64,000 bases of DNA from Macrostomum lignano (GCA_002269645.1 NIVC01002770.1:1-64000), one strand, 5' to 3'. Numbered from the stretch's first letter, positions 46,801-60,129 are shown. Notes: a model not told the origin generated them from the sequence alone. Numbers and translations: made by a program.

Positions 46801-48753
46801 GGTCATCTAAAGACACGGTAAGGTCATCTAAAGACACATTGCGTCATCTAAAGACACGTTCTATGCGTTAGTAAATTAGTTCAGAACATTAGAAGGCACA
46901 TAGCTAAACAAAAAACGCAAAATTGCCATGTCTAGTTGACTTAAGCGGCTAAAGTCAGGCAACAAACCAGGTCGGACGCAAAACGGCCAGCTGTCCATCC
47001 CAGTCAGCATTTTCGTACAGCGAGGTGTCCATCAGCGATGGGTCAGCCAAATTAAAAACGGATTTCGAAGTCGGCCTGGTCGCCTCTTTCAGCGACGGCC
47101 GCTTTCGCAGTGTTGGCTTCTTCAATGTGTCTTCTTGCAGCACTTTGTCAACCACCGGATTCTCTGCTTCGCCGTTGCAGCCGTCCAAGCTGTCCGGTGT
47201 ATTCGGACGCGCCCGACGCTCTGCCAACGAGTCACCGATAGCAACTGCCGGTATCGGCAGCGGCCTCTGCGGCAGCTTCTGCCTCGATCGCTGTCGGCTG
47301 ATGTGTCGCGGCGGTTTCGGCGGCGGAGTCCGCAATCCGCTAGCCAGTGCGACGTCGCAGCTAGCTCGCAAAAACGTCGGAGTGGACGGCGCGCTTCGAC
47401 AGGCGCGCGTCTTCTCGCGCGAACTCAGCGCAAGGCCACGGGTCGGTTTTGGCGGCTTCGGCGGTGGAGAATCAGCGGGCTGAGCATCCGTCTGCTGCTT
47501 CAGGATGCCGGAAACTTCTTTGTCTTCCGCCGCTTCCATCGCTTCGGAGAAGTTTTCGGCCATTTCCGGCGTCAGAGTTGGCGCGGTCGTTTGACCTTTG
47601 AAGAGACGCTTGTCGCTGGAAGGCGCCACGTAGCTCAGGCAGCGCGCTGTCGGGCTGTCGGGGCTTTGCTCCAACTGCCGCGCCGCTGCGGCAGGGGACA
47701 GCTCGACAGAATGAGGCGGATGAGCTGCTGGAGTATTTTGCAGGTCGCCATTTCTCAGGCGGTCCTTCAGTTGCTGCAGCTGCTCCAGCACCGGATCGCG
47801 CGCTTTGTTGCTGTCTGCTGGTTGTTGCATTTGGCAAAACGGGAAGGGAAATGAGAGGAATAATTAAGGTAGATGTACTTTTCACTCTCGAACTCATTTT
47901 TAGTTGAGAACTCGTGGTTGGAGCTAAATTTGGTGTAGTTAAAATTGTATTGGAATCTGAGTTCGCCTTTATCGTATGTAAGGATGTACATGTACTGTGT
48001 AATTCAGATTCGCCTCGCGTCACTAGTAATAAGGCTGAGCAGAGGTGCTTGGAACTAAATACGCTCGTACATACGGTAGCAAAACAGAAGGAAGTGTTTG
48101 CTCAAAAGTGGAGCACTTTACATTCATTATTCTCGCCACTGCTCCCAAGCGGTTCTACAGAACTTTTTACTCTTCATTTTCGGAAGAAGAAATTTGCAAA
48201 GCAAATCAGTATGCAAAACTAATTTCATGTTGACCAAATTTTTTTTGCATATCTGAGAGTAGATTAATTCTGGCATCTCAGCTTGTCGTTGAGCTTCATC
48301 AAGCTGTCTTGTGTGCAATTAATCTACCTTGTATGAGTATGATCAGATGAGCAACCAGTGCGATGAAAGATTGTGGTTTTTAACGAATGCATAATATCTG
48401 TAGTAGGAAATACGTTCATGAATAGGGATTGTCTCACGGGTGAATTACTACTGATTAATTCTTTCGTCAATGCCCGACAGCAGGGAGGAGAAGAGGAAAG
48501 CCACAATCAACTCACCATCAGGCTGCTGAGTCGGATTTTCCGCCGACACGTCGACTTCCGCGCCGACCTCGCCTTCGTCGATGGATTGACGGTCAGGCCG
48601 GCGACGTCGAAGGCTGCGCACCCGGCCGAGCATGGACAGCGGCTTTGCCGGCATCGACTCGGATCTGTGCGACTGGCGCAGCGGCTTCCGGCCGTTGGCG
48701 GTCATGTGATATCCGTTGGACCGGCCGCCGGCGCAGGCTGTCAGGTTGCCCAT
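43834..48753 (-). CDS. 987-aa leucine-rich-repeat protein (RI-like LRRs) with a disordered N-half and a possible CARD/death-fold; exons 48516-48753, 46968-47817, 46056-46626, 43834-45138
   Basis: GT-AG junctions with matching phases give a 2964-nt open CDS. About 10 LxxLxLxxN/CxL repeats (LEVLDLSACGI, LADLDLSWNDL, LRVLDLSDNRM, LESLAVNSCRL). Starts MGNLTAC. The exon-2 acceptor is a NAGNAG, so the boundary is +/-3 nt. Confidence 0.75.
45187..46013 (-). mobile_element. SINE family 1, copy 5, split by a MITE (pieces ~45187-45209 and 45834-46013)
   Basis: catctg(a)aggctgc..cggCTG on the left and CTGtt(c)agtcca(a)ggactgggggg on the right are contiguous in intact copies. Confidence 0.75.
45210..45833. 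mobile_element. PIF/Harbinger-type MITE nested in SINE copy 5, inside LRR-gene intron 3
   Basis: 17-bp TIR GGGGGTGTTTTACGAAC / GTTCGTAAAACACCGCC (1 mismatch); 3-bp TSD CTG. Confidence 0.8.
46775..46857. repeat. Short 21-bp tandem array GTCATCTAAAGACACGGTAAG in LRR-gene intron 2
   Basis: 4-5 copies. Confidence 0.8.
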
Positions 48754-50811
48754 CTGTCACTCCGGTCTGCTGGGACAGTTGCAGTAAAAACCCAACCTCA
48801 GCGTCAGAAGCTCTTACTTGTTTTTTCTTATGCCAGCATCTACCAAGATGGGGGCGGGCTGTTTGGCTTTCTAACAAATCTGTCCTATTCTTTCTGCTGG
48901 GTCTGCTAACGTCATTTTTCTTTATTTATTATAACCCTTGCGTCTCAATGCCCTGCGGTTTGCTGGAGTCTTTTGTGTGCGCCTTTTCTTAGATCTGTGC
49001 GAGGAGAGAGAGGGGGAGAGAGAGGAGCAGAGGAGGGAGAGCTGCGGTGTGCAGCGGGGCCATAAAGCCTATAGCCACATAAGCACACACACCTGTGAGG
49101 TTGCCGCACACCTCAACTCATGAAAGGGCCGGGCTTGAACTTCCTCTATTAAAGAGAGCGAGTGTGTTGTTGTTTTTAGCTGGGCTCTTCTTTCTCGTAT
49201 CTCTTTCTCTGGCACGGCTGGGCCTGGCCTTGGAGCAACTCGAGCACAACAGTGAGCTGCAGCGCTATGTGTACGACATGGCCATTGTACTTGAGAAGAC
49301 GTGGGCGTATGCCATATGCACGCCCTACCGTGTGTACGGCACTGCAAAAATTGAAGCCTGTTTACAAGGCCTCTACAAAAATACAGTCAACTCACGCCTC
49401 CACACTGCTCAAACTCGTAGCAGCAAACGGCCGCGTGGACAAAAATAGATACAGTGTCACGCTGCATTACCCAATACTCTTGGGCTTAAAAATTAGTTCC
49501 TTATTACAATGTCATTTTCTTATTTATGAAGTCACAGAAAGGTTTCCCATTTGGGAGCGCACAACATTCTATTGTTGGTTGTCATATCTATTTTAGACTC
49601 GGAATCTATGAGAGAAATCTCAGCGATCCTTGAACTTTTTGCCTCATTCGTATACTCTATTATACCGCTTTAGTACCCATATGTAGGTGATTCTTTCTTA
49701 CAGCTTTATTGATTGACTGAAGCAATGGATCTGAGTCTCGATGGAATTCTAAAAATAGTCTCAGCGCACTACTGTAGCAAGCACCATGCACGCAAATGCA
49801 CTAAATCCATTAGCTGATGTTGAAGGCAAGACTACTTGGGATTCCATATACGCCAAGGACATCGCTCACTTAAACCCAGCCTCACGAGTCACGACACTTT
49901 TTGTCTTGACAACCCCCTTAAGGTTAAACCAACGAGCGGATGGGTTGTCGCCAATTTATTGGCTCTTAACCCCCCCCCCCCCGGTTAAACCAACTGAGCC
50001 TTTTCACACTGCCCCCGCCCCGCCACCCAATTTTTATTGCCTTTCTCGGACTTACAGCCTAAAGCTGCCATGTACATTTAAGTGGACTGGCTAATGTACA
50101 TTTAAGTGGACTGGCTAATGTACATTATTGCTGAACCAATTAGCAAGTTGTTTACGCCTGCAAGCTTGGGCTTCTAAACTTATCAAAGTCATTTCAGCTG
50201 CCTTTATTTCTATAAAATAGCTTATGTATTCTTCTTTGCTACTGAACTGAAAGTAGAAAGCTGTTTTACTAAGTATATATGCCTGAGTGGCCCATCTAGT
50301 TATTTTAGTATCAGTGGTTTACCTACATGAAACTACAGGGTATCGGGGTTTAACTAACAGCTGCCGCTCAAAGTGTGGAAGTGGCGCAGCTCGAAAAGAG
50401 CATTCTTTCCCCTTATTTTATCTTCCCCTACATCACTTATTCAGCTCAAGGAGCAGCTAAGATTAAAAAAGGAAATTCTCAGTTTGGATTTCGAGTACTT
50501 TAGAATCTACACGACTCCATGCAGTTATTCGAATCATACTACTAAACAGTAGACAATGTTTTAAAATGAATATCAAAAACGCGAAAAAATCAGAAATAAG
50601 ATTTTTCCTAGACAAATTCGTACAATCGTACAGCTTTCGCAAAAATGCCATTATTTTATTTAAAATCATTCAGTCACAAACAACCCTCGCGTCCGAGACG
50701 GAAATTACGAACGACTGAAGACGAAATGGCCAGAGAATTTCAAACGCAGAAAAAATTAACGAAGCAAATGCGCTCATAGAGATGTCAGCTTCTTCGGACT
50801 CATTTGGGGCA

Positions 50812-51362
50812 GACAGAGACTTGGGATTTGGAGATTATGGAGATAGACATTGGGGATCAGGGGGATTGGGGAGACAGACATTGTGGATTTGGAGATTGGG
50901 GAGACAGACATGGGAGATTGGGGGGATTGGGGAGACAGACGTTGGGGATTGGGAGATTGAGCAGACAGACATGGGAGATTGGGGAGACAGACATTGGGAC
51001 TGGGAGATTGGGGATTTGAGAGATTGGGGAGACAGACATGGGAGATTGGGGAGACAGACATGGGAGATTGGGGAGACAGACATTGGGGATTGGGAGATTG
51101 GGGAGACAGACATTGGGGATTGGGAGACAGGGGAGACAGACATTGGGACTGGGAGATTGGGGATTTGAGAGATTGGGGAGACAGACATGGGAGATTTGGG
51201 AGACAGACATTGGGGATTGAGAGATTGGGGAGACAGACATGGGAGATTGGGGGGACAGACATTGGGGATTGGGAGATTGGGGAGACAGACATGGGAGATT
51301 GGGGGACAGACATTGGGGATTGGGAGATTGGGGAGACAGACATGGGAGATTGGGGGGACAGG
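50812..51362. repeat. G-rich minisatellite, 22/29-bp units GGGAGATTGGGGAGACAGACAT(TGGGGAT), ~110 nt 3' of the fibrillarin stop
   Basis: Directly visible. Confidence 0.95.
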
Positions 51363-51469
51363 CATTTTCCCAAGCCCAGAGCCCAACTTGAACAAGCGGG
51401 CAGTACAGAATGTCAGCATATTAACAAAGAGTTCAACACACAGTGCGGTCTTGCCAGTTCAGCTACTTC

Positions 51470-53503
51470 TCATTTCTTTGCCGGCGGCCGGAACTGAGCA
51501 ACAAGCATGGCGTGGCCGCGCTCGAACGGCTCCAGCGTGGCCTGCTCCTTGGGCTTGAACCGTTCGCTCTTAAGCTTATTGCACTCGCCGGCGAACACGG
51601 CCTCCGGGGCGGCCACCGAGTCCACGCAATTGGCTTTGATGGATACAACGGCGAAGCCTTCGCTTTTTAGAAACCATTTGGCATTCTCGGCCACGATTCG
51701 AGCCTGGTCTGGCTGGGCCACGTCGGCGAATATGCAGTCAACCATGCCGACTAGCATGCGGTACTTGTGCGGATGCCTGGCGTCCTCGATAATTGGCACA
51801 ATGTTGGTTCGGCTCTTGGCCACGTTCAGCAGGTCGCGGCCGCTGCGGTGGCTGAATTCCACAGCGTACACGACGCCGTCTGGACCGACCACGTCGCTGA
51901 CGTGGCTGACGGTTGTACCGCTGGCCGCGCCGAGGTACAACACGCGGGATCCGGGCGGCATGTGAATATTATCGATGCCGTTCAGTATGCCGGCCGCCAG
52001 CTTGGAGCGGAATGGATTCCAGGTGCGGTACTCGATCTTTGTGCCAGCCTCTTCGCCATCAACTGAGACTTTCTTCTCGCCGTACACCGTGTCTCCGGGC
52101 GTCAGGTTGCGCGTGACCAGCACGTCCTCTTTGCCGCGGGAAATGAATATGCCTGCGTCGGTCGGGATGGGGGTGAATGAGGAATCAGATGCCCGATTTG
52201 CAGGAACTGAAGGTGGATCAGAAAGAATTCAAGGGAAATCAGGAGCTGAAGAGGAATCAGAAGGGGCTGAAGGAGAATCAGAAGTAGCTGAAGGGGAATC
52301 AAAAAGAAAAGAAGGGAATCAGAAGGAAATGAAATGAAATCAGGAGTTGAAGGGGAGTCAGAAGGAGCTGAAGGGGAATCAGGAGCTGACGGGGAATCAG
52401 AAGGAGCTGATGGGGAATCAGAAGGAGCTGATGGGGAATCAGGAGCTAAAAGGGGAACCAGAAGCTGACGGGAAATCAGAAGGAGCTGAGCTGACGGGAA
52501 ATCAGAAGGAGCTGATGGGGAATCAGAAGGAGCTGATGGGGAATCAGGAGCTGAAGGGGAATCAGAAGGAGCTGATGGGGAATCAGGAGCTGACGGGAAA
52601 TAAGAAGGAGCTGATGGGGAATCAGAAGGAGCTGATGGGGAATCAGGAGCTGATGGGGAATCAGGAGCTGATGGGAAATCAGGAGCTGACGGGGAATCAG
52701 AAAGAGCTGACGGAGAATCAGAAGGAGCTGACGGGGAATCAGAAGGAGCTGACGGGGAATCAGAAGGAGCTGATAGGGAATCAGAAGGAGCTGATGGGGA
52801 ATCAGAAGGAGCTGACGGGGAATCAGAAGGAGCTGACGGGGAATCAGAAGGAGCTGATGGGGAATCAGAAGGAGCTGTCGGAGAATCAGAAGGAGCTGAT
52901 GGGGAATCAGAAGGAGCTGACGGGGAATCAGAAGGAGCTGATAGGGAATCAGAAGGAGCTGACGGGGAATCAGAAGGAGCTGATGGGGAATCAGAAGGAA
53001 ATGAAGGGGAACCAAAAGCACTGTTACTATCGATAGTTAATATTTCATGAAACTTTTTGGTAACACTATAAGATATTCGCTGAAATGAATATTCTTTTCT
53101 TACTACTCTTTAATGGGTCATTTCCTATAGAAGGGTAATAAAAAAGATGCCCACTTGGAGAACCTCAGCTCATATTAGAATATAAATGACTGCAACTTCA
53201 CAAACCCGGATGTCTGGGATGCGCCTCGACGATGGTTTTGCGACCAAAGCCGCCGCGACCGCCGCCACGACCGCCTCCGCGTCCACGCGGGGTGCCGCCG
53301 CCGCCCCGGCCTCCGAAACCGCCGCCGCCCCGGCCGCCGAAACCGCCGCCGCCCCGGCCGCCGAAACCGCCGCCCCCGCCTCCCCGAGGGGTGCCGCCGC
53401 CGCGACCGACTCCGCCACCGCGGGGACCGCCGCCTCCGCCGCCGCCGCGGCCACCAAAGCCGCCGCGTCCTCCGCGTGAGCCGCCGCGAAAATCGGGACG
53501 CAT
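51470..53503 (-). CDS. FBL: Fibrillarin (box C/D snoRNP 2'-O-methyltransferase), 326 aa; exons 53206-53503 and 51470-52152
   Basis: N-terminal RGG/GAR domain; phase-1 intron joins HP-G|[13 protein letters not shown]; [65 protein letters not shown] is 981 nt. Confidence 0.97.
52245..53015. repeat. Intronic minisatellite, 21/18-bp units GAATCAGAAGGAGCTGA(T/C)GGG (fibrillarin intron)
   Basis: Directly visible; degenerate seed copies near the acceptor. Confidence 0.95.
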
Positions 53504-53789
53504 TTTTTATTGCTAGAAAAGGCAGGAAAGTTGAGAGTTTTTTTAGAAAGTTATTAATTTAATCTTTAAATTAAAGGTGTAAAACTTATAATACATAAGG
53601 ATATTAAAAATGCTAAAATTATTTTCTAAAATAAAATACTATAAACCTAGCTATCAAAAACTTCTAGTTCTTGTTAATTGTATATATGCAACTGCTGTCC
53701 AACCTAGCTGATCCAACTAGCAAAAACTGTGGCAGACCAAGGGTAAGTTGCAAAATTGATGCCTCAATTTATTACTGATATTAATAATA

Positions 53790-54137
53790 ATAATAACCGA
53801 TAACACCTGCCCGAATTGGGCCAGATTTAAAATCAACAGCTCAGCCGCAGCTAGTGCGCAGCGCGTCTGAAGGCTGTGTATGGCTGTTCAGTCCAAGGAC
53901 TGGGGGGTCGCCACACACACCCTCAATTACCCCAGCTAATTCTGGCACCTAATTACAGCTGGGTGAACTGAAGCAATGCAGAGTGAAGTGTCCTGCTCAA
54001 GGACACAGAATGTTCCGAGTGGGTCAAGAATCGAACCCTCGACCTTTCAGTGGTGAATCCGACGCTTGAGCTTGGGATTCGAACCCCCAACCTTCAAGTT
54101 GTGAGTCTGACACTCTAACCACTAGACTACAACCCCC
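53790..54137 (-). mobile_element. SINE family 1, copy 6, with a duplicated tRNA-like head
   Basis: Reverse complement: a full head (…gggttcgaatccc), then a second partial head (gcgtcggattcaccactgaaaggtcgagggttcgattc), the body and an ATT tail. Confidence 0.85.
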
Positions 54138-57100
54138 TATTGATGATAAATAAATAAAAGCTGAATTAACTGCAACCAATGAGAGCAAGCAATCAGCATC
54201 AGCTTTTTATCTAGGACTGATGCATGAAATCAAAGGCTTTAATGGTCTTTTAAGCTTTAGTTTTGAAGCAGCCAAAATTTTTAGATATGGGAAATGTGTT
54301 CCTATAACTGCCAAAGGCTTACCTTTCACACTTAAAATTATCTTACTGATACCAATGTTGTCTTAAGGCTTACCCTGTCTCTAATAGATTTTATGACCAA
54401 TTCTACCATAGTTGCAGTAGAGGTTTGGTTCTATCCTAAAAGCAGATATCACATTGTGATAGGGCTTCTTCAATAACAGTATTATATATTTATAATAATT
54501 TGTAGAATGTAATTTAATTTACTTAATTAAATTTAATAATAAATTTTTGGTAGCAGTTCTTGTAGTTTATTCTGATACCATTTTTTCTTTCTAGTAGCAT
54601 CTCTAATAATGTATTCTGGCCTTAGTAGTATTACTAGTATATCTATTAAATGTATTCTCTTCTAGTCTTAAGCATTACTGAGATTAGAGGGTCACAGCAT
54701 TTGCTCTGCATATTTCTTTGCAAATTGTTCTTAGGATTCCCTTACCTGAAATAAGTAATGCCTTTAACTATAAAGTTAACTAAGGAAGTTTACAGTTTTA
54801 AACTAGCAAAATACTCAAGGATTTTAAAAGACTATGCTCATGGTTTTCACAAAGTGTTACATTTATTTTCCTCAAAATTATTTTTAATAAAATAAGGTCA
54901 TTTTATTACAAAGAAACAAGTTATTTGGAAAATTGGAAACAAGAATATACTTTTTTACAATGTTTCACAAGTTTAAATATTAATATCTTTTAAGATAGTT
55001 GATAAACTATATAGATACAACTTGCTAATCTTATATATTATATAACCATAAAAACTTATCTATTCTAGCTAATGGTTCTAATTTCAGTTATTTGTTTGCA
55101 AAAAATCTATATTTTATTGCTTTTTGCATATTTAAATATACTAAATCTCTAAGGTTTGTATGTTTAAATGAATGTCCATAATGCTCTAGTATATTACTAT
55201 TTGTATACATATGCTAATATTTATATATGAGCATAAAAGGTAAATTAAAAAAAAACAAATATAAACTAGAAGGATAAAAAAAATAATAATACCAAAAAAT
55301 ACCAAAAAATTTTTTATCTGGTTTTCATATTTTCATAATCTTTTTCCTAACAATTTTTTCATAGGAATGGCTTATTAAAACTAGTGATACTCACGAAAAA
55401 TAGGTTTTTGTATTTTTAAAACAAGAATAAGGTGAATTTTAGGCTTAGAAGAAAATCATAAAAATGCAAAGTCAGTATAATAATCTATAATAAACTGTAA
55501 TAAACTAACATATAGTAAAACTTTAAAATATTGTTTTTCTATAGTCCCCATGCAATAGTTAAGAAGGTGGTACAATGAATGATGTCATTTTGTCTGCTGC
55601 CAGTTTGTCTACAGATGGGCAAATGTTCATGAAGGTTATGCTATGCACTTAATAATAAAACTAAATTAATTTAAACAAATTCAGTTAATGCACTATTGTA
55701 TTTAAACATTATATGATGTAATATTTTAACTTTTGTAGCTCAATACAATATAGAAAATTGAAATACCTAATTGACTCTAGTATATATGTATATACATTGA
55801 TTAATCATGATTATATAGTATAGACTAATATACTTTTTGCCTTTAAGATAATTAAAATTATATGCTTATATTATATCATATTATGTTATGTCATGTCAAA
55901 TTTATCATGACCTCAGATGACAAATCATATCATAACCAAAAATCATAACTAGTTGGTCTCTAGTTTAAATATTATATAATGCCTAGGTCATCACATTTCT
56001 CCAGTGTTTTAATTATAACAAAAAAAATTACACATACAAAAAATGTCTTGCCGTCTTGCTATTAACTTTTTTAATTGCATACAATATATGCAATTAAATT
56101 AACTTCTTTTTTCAAAAAGTCATTTTGTCTGCTAGCAAACAAAAAGGCAGCAAACAAAATGACTATGCACTGGTATAATAGCTTACAATAGCCCTTATAT
56201 ACACTGGCCATGCAACTTATTTTTTTACAAAAAATGTGACTTATATATGAAAAAACCCTAAAACAAATTTAATGCAATTTGGGATAAATGGGAAGAGTAA
56301 CTATGATTGTATTATCTCTATATACTAAAAATGGGTCTGTTGGTAGGTTTAATAAACTAATAAACACTATATCTATTCTCTTTGGGATAGGCATTTTTGT
56401 GACTTACCCTTAATCTATTATAAATTATGATGGCCAGATTGGCCAGCAGATACGCATGTATGTATGCTGGAAAAATACCATAAAAAATTTGTCTATCTAT
56501 AATAAGGGTTGGTAACCTTTTTTCATTCAAGGGCCAGATAAGGATGGGCCACAAGGGTGCACCCAAGGGAGGGGGAGAGTGGTTGCCCCTTCCTTTAGGT
56601 GTAGACCTGAAAAAAGTCAAAAGGAAGACCAAGCACACTTTTTGCCACAATACAGAGCTATCTAGCTCCTTTGCCCCCCTTGGGGTCTTTACTTTCTAGA
56701 ATCAACCCTTTAACCAATTTCTAGTTGCATTATTGACAGGTAAAAATATTCATTATTGAAGAACTAGAATTAAAAAAGTTTATTATAATTTAATTCATTC
56801 TTAGAAAGTCCAATTCTACTGTATAGTCAACCTTATCAATATACATTTGTATCCTATTATTATTGGCTAGCTCTACTCACAGATACTATAAACACTAGAT
56901 AGGCCACTCAGGCTAATTTTCTGGGCAAGTTTTTTATTCTACTTTCTGCTTAGTAGCAATGAAAGGAAGCAACAGTATTATTTGCTAAATTAGACAAATC
57001 GAGTGACTGTTTTTAAGACATCGTTTTGCTAACGCCATAAACAACTAACTTGTTTTGTGCAGTAATGGTGTACATTAAGACGCGACAGACAGTGTGCAAT

Positions 57101-57419
57101 GCCGCTATCTTTCAAAGTGGAGGAAGGGGGGTAGTCTGGAATAGGGTTAATATCAGTTTCGTATAAGGCAGGGTGAGTGGATCGATAATTTAGGCCTACT
57201 GGTGGTGGGATAGAAAATAAAGGACTGCACATAGCTAGCCTGGGTTAGGGGTGGGGTGGGGGTTGAGAGGTTGTGGGTTAGAAAATTTGGGGGTGGCGAA
57301 TCGTGCTTAAATACAAGCTTATATAGATGAACAGGACAAGAGTCAGAGTTAAAGAAAGTTCGAGTGCATACTAGCTTTTCTATCTAATCTTGTACTCGAG
57401 AAATGTTTTGATTCGAACC

Positions 57420-58530
57420 ACTGCTGTGCTCCCACTTGCACGAGCTTTGTACTAGTGCTATTAACATCCGAGAAAGAAAAATCCGTTGCGAATGCATAAA
57501 TTACCAAAAGATGACACTGGCGAAGCGCTGGCAGCAGCTACTACAGGAGCATGGATATCGATCTTTATAAACAATTAAATCACGGGGCCTCCGTGTGTTC
57601 AGCTTGCACTTTATGGACGAGGCCTACTGCTGCCTTACAAAGTGCCACGGATGTGCAAGACATCTGTTTTCGCTGGGACGCAATCCCACACCAAGAGTTG
57701 ATGCTGCCTCGGCTCGTTCAAATAGACCAGCTACCCTCTGTGCAAAGGACTGATAAACGATGAAGAGGCAGACGACATGTACCCTCCAGTGCTGGGGCCA
57801 ATTAGCAATCTATCTGCAGCCGAGCCTGCGACTTGCCTGCTGCCAGTGCTGTGGCAGAGCAACCTTCGGCTACCAGTTTCTGCGCCGAGAACAGCTGTTG
57901 CGGCTGAAAGCTCTCACCTCTGCAGCCGATTCGCGGGTTCCAAGCGCTAGAGGCAAAGATCAAGCGGCTGCAGCAACGATCCCGAAAGTGACAGGCGAAT
58001 CAAGCGGCTGCAGCGGCAATCCCGAAAGTGACAGGCGAATCAAGCGGCTGCAGCGGCAATCCCGAAAGCGACAGGCAAATCAAGCGGCTGCAGCGGCAAT
58101 CCCGAAAGCGACAGGCAAATCAAGCGGCTGCAGCGGCAATCCCGAAAGCGACAGGCAAATCAAGCGGCTGCAGCGGCAACTCTCGATGGTCAAGGCAAGT
58201 GCAGCGCAGTCGTGCATCCATGGACTGTGGAGGCGTGGCTAGCGCAGCTTCCAGCGGTCGACTGGGCGGCAGGGCGCTCGCAGTCAGGGGTGCTCTGGTC
58301 AAAGGATGTCATCTCATCAGCAGCTCATTGCAGCTGCACCACAAAAGTCCTGCTGCTTATCGGCTGCCTGTTACGAAACCACTGAGGATTGGCTCCATCG
58401 GATACATCCCTGGACCTTGAAGTGGCGCATTCGCCAGTTTTTTTCATCTGTTGGGCCGTTCTGAATGCTGCCTCTGAACAAGGGCGACTGGCGACCCTGT
58501 TCTTCGACAGCACGCTGCGAGTTTCACAAA
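57420..58530 (+). mobile_element. Degenerate THAP-domain / P-element-like transposase remnant
   Basis: Frameshifted pieces CCAPTC...LPKDD/LAKRWQQLL...LRVFSLHFMDEAY (THAP C-C...P...W...C-H-F pattern), LQLHHKSPAAYRL...IPG and RLATLFFD (P-transposase-like). Confidence 0.6.
57961..58178. repeat. 40-bp tandem duplication (~5 copies) inside the THAP/P remnant
   Basis: Unit CAAGCGGCTGCAGCGGCAATCCCGAAAGCGACAGGCAAAT. Confidence 0.9.
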
Positions 58531-60129
58531 CAGATGAGCTGATTAAGATGAGAAATCTTTCTATTTTGCTTCACGAATATGGATTATGGAGTATATGATA
58601 TAGCTCGTATTTGCTAAATATACAATAGTAGACTGCAATAATATAGCCTTCTATGCAATCTAAAGCATTCACAATGTTGCTTTGAATTGTGGAAAGTATA
58701 ATTATAAGTTTCTTTTTGCAAAAAATCAATACAATTGCTGCATTGCATTCATCTGTTTTTTTATTTTAAAAAAATATAAATAACGCTAAAATGTTTTTAC
58801 TACTACTAAGCAGAAAGTAGAGTAAACTGTCGTGTTGTGAAAATTAGCTGGAGTGGCCTATCTAGTGTTTATAGTATCTGTGGCTCTACTATCCCAATTT
58901 CTTTTGCTGCCATTTCTATTATATTTGAAGTTTGAACTAATATGCTGTCTGTCTAGACTTTGTAAACAGCTAACTCATATCTCTATTGAAAATTTTTTTG
59001 AAAATGTGCAGACACATGAAAGGTCTAGCAAAAAATGCACCAAGGGGTAACTCTCCAATGTATATTGGCCGCGTCAAGGGACCATGTCCATAGTTGCAAC
59101 AATAAATGACCCTTTTTGCAGTTGCAACTTTTTTTAGCAATTTGAATATTAGCAATGTAAGCTTTGATTAAAACTAAACTAACAATATAGCCTACAGCTA
59201 ACTACTGAAAGACAGTTTAGATTTTCAATAACATAGGCATATTCTACATCTCTTTAGAAAAGCCACTCCTACATTTTAATCCTTTAATTGCATAGACATT
59301 TACCATAAAATTACTTTTATGACAATTTGTTATTATTATAGAAATTTGTTATATTTTATTGTTTGGCCATTTTGTCTCTTGTCTATCTTTATATATGGTC
59401 ATTTTATTCATAGGCATTTTCACAGATTCTAAGCACTGCGCCAAGTATGGCACTGCTCTGCGCTACGTCAAACATAGCCTCACAGAAAATTTGTTGCACT
59501 TTAGGGTCATTTTGAAAATACATTGGATAGCTATCCACTTGTTATATAGCTTAGTTATACATATGGCATTGGCCACTTAATAGTTCACTCAGTTAGATTA
59601 TTATTATTTGTTATTTGAGTTTTAGTTTTAGTGCACCCTTGTCACCCCAGCATCAGGGGCTAGAGTTATCTAATTCACTTTCTTCTCTCTCTTTGTTGGC
59701 CAGCGCGACACCCACCCCTAATCTCAATCTCACACCACCTCCGCGGGCTTGTATACAGAGGACTCTACTGGGTAACAGTTACCCCTTGGCTCTTTTTCTC
59801 AACATTGTTGGCACCTTCAACAACATTATCTTTGAAGCATTTTAGAGGGCCTTTCAAAACCACAAAGCTCATGCTACCTTCATACGGTGGATCATGCATA
59901 TGATCTTTAACCATACGGTCACAAGTTTCAAAGAACCCGAGTTTGCCAACCCCTGCTCCAGAGTTTAAGAAATCAATGGGAAACTGTTGACGCGGGCTTC
60001 TGATTTCAAAGATCTTGTCTGTGGTTGAAGGCTTCTATTCTGTTTTTGCTCTCCTGCCACACTTGCACCTACCACCCCCTGATTGCCTCTGATTGTGACT
60101 TACTTCCCTCTTATTGCAACTTAGTTGCT

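Noticed and set aside
52153-53205. Fibrillarin intron is 3n (1053 nt), or hosts a snoRNA
   Set aside because: In-frame TGA immediately after the donor; no convincing C/D or H/ACA boxes in the unique part.
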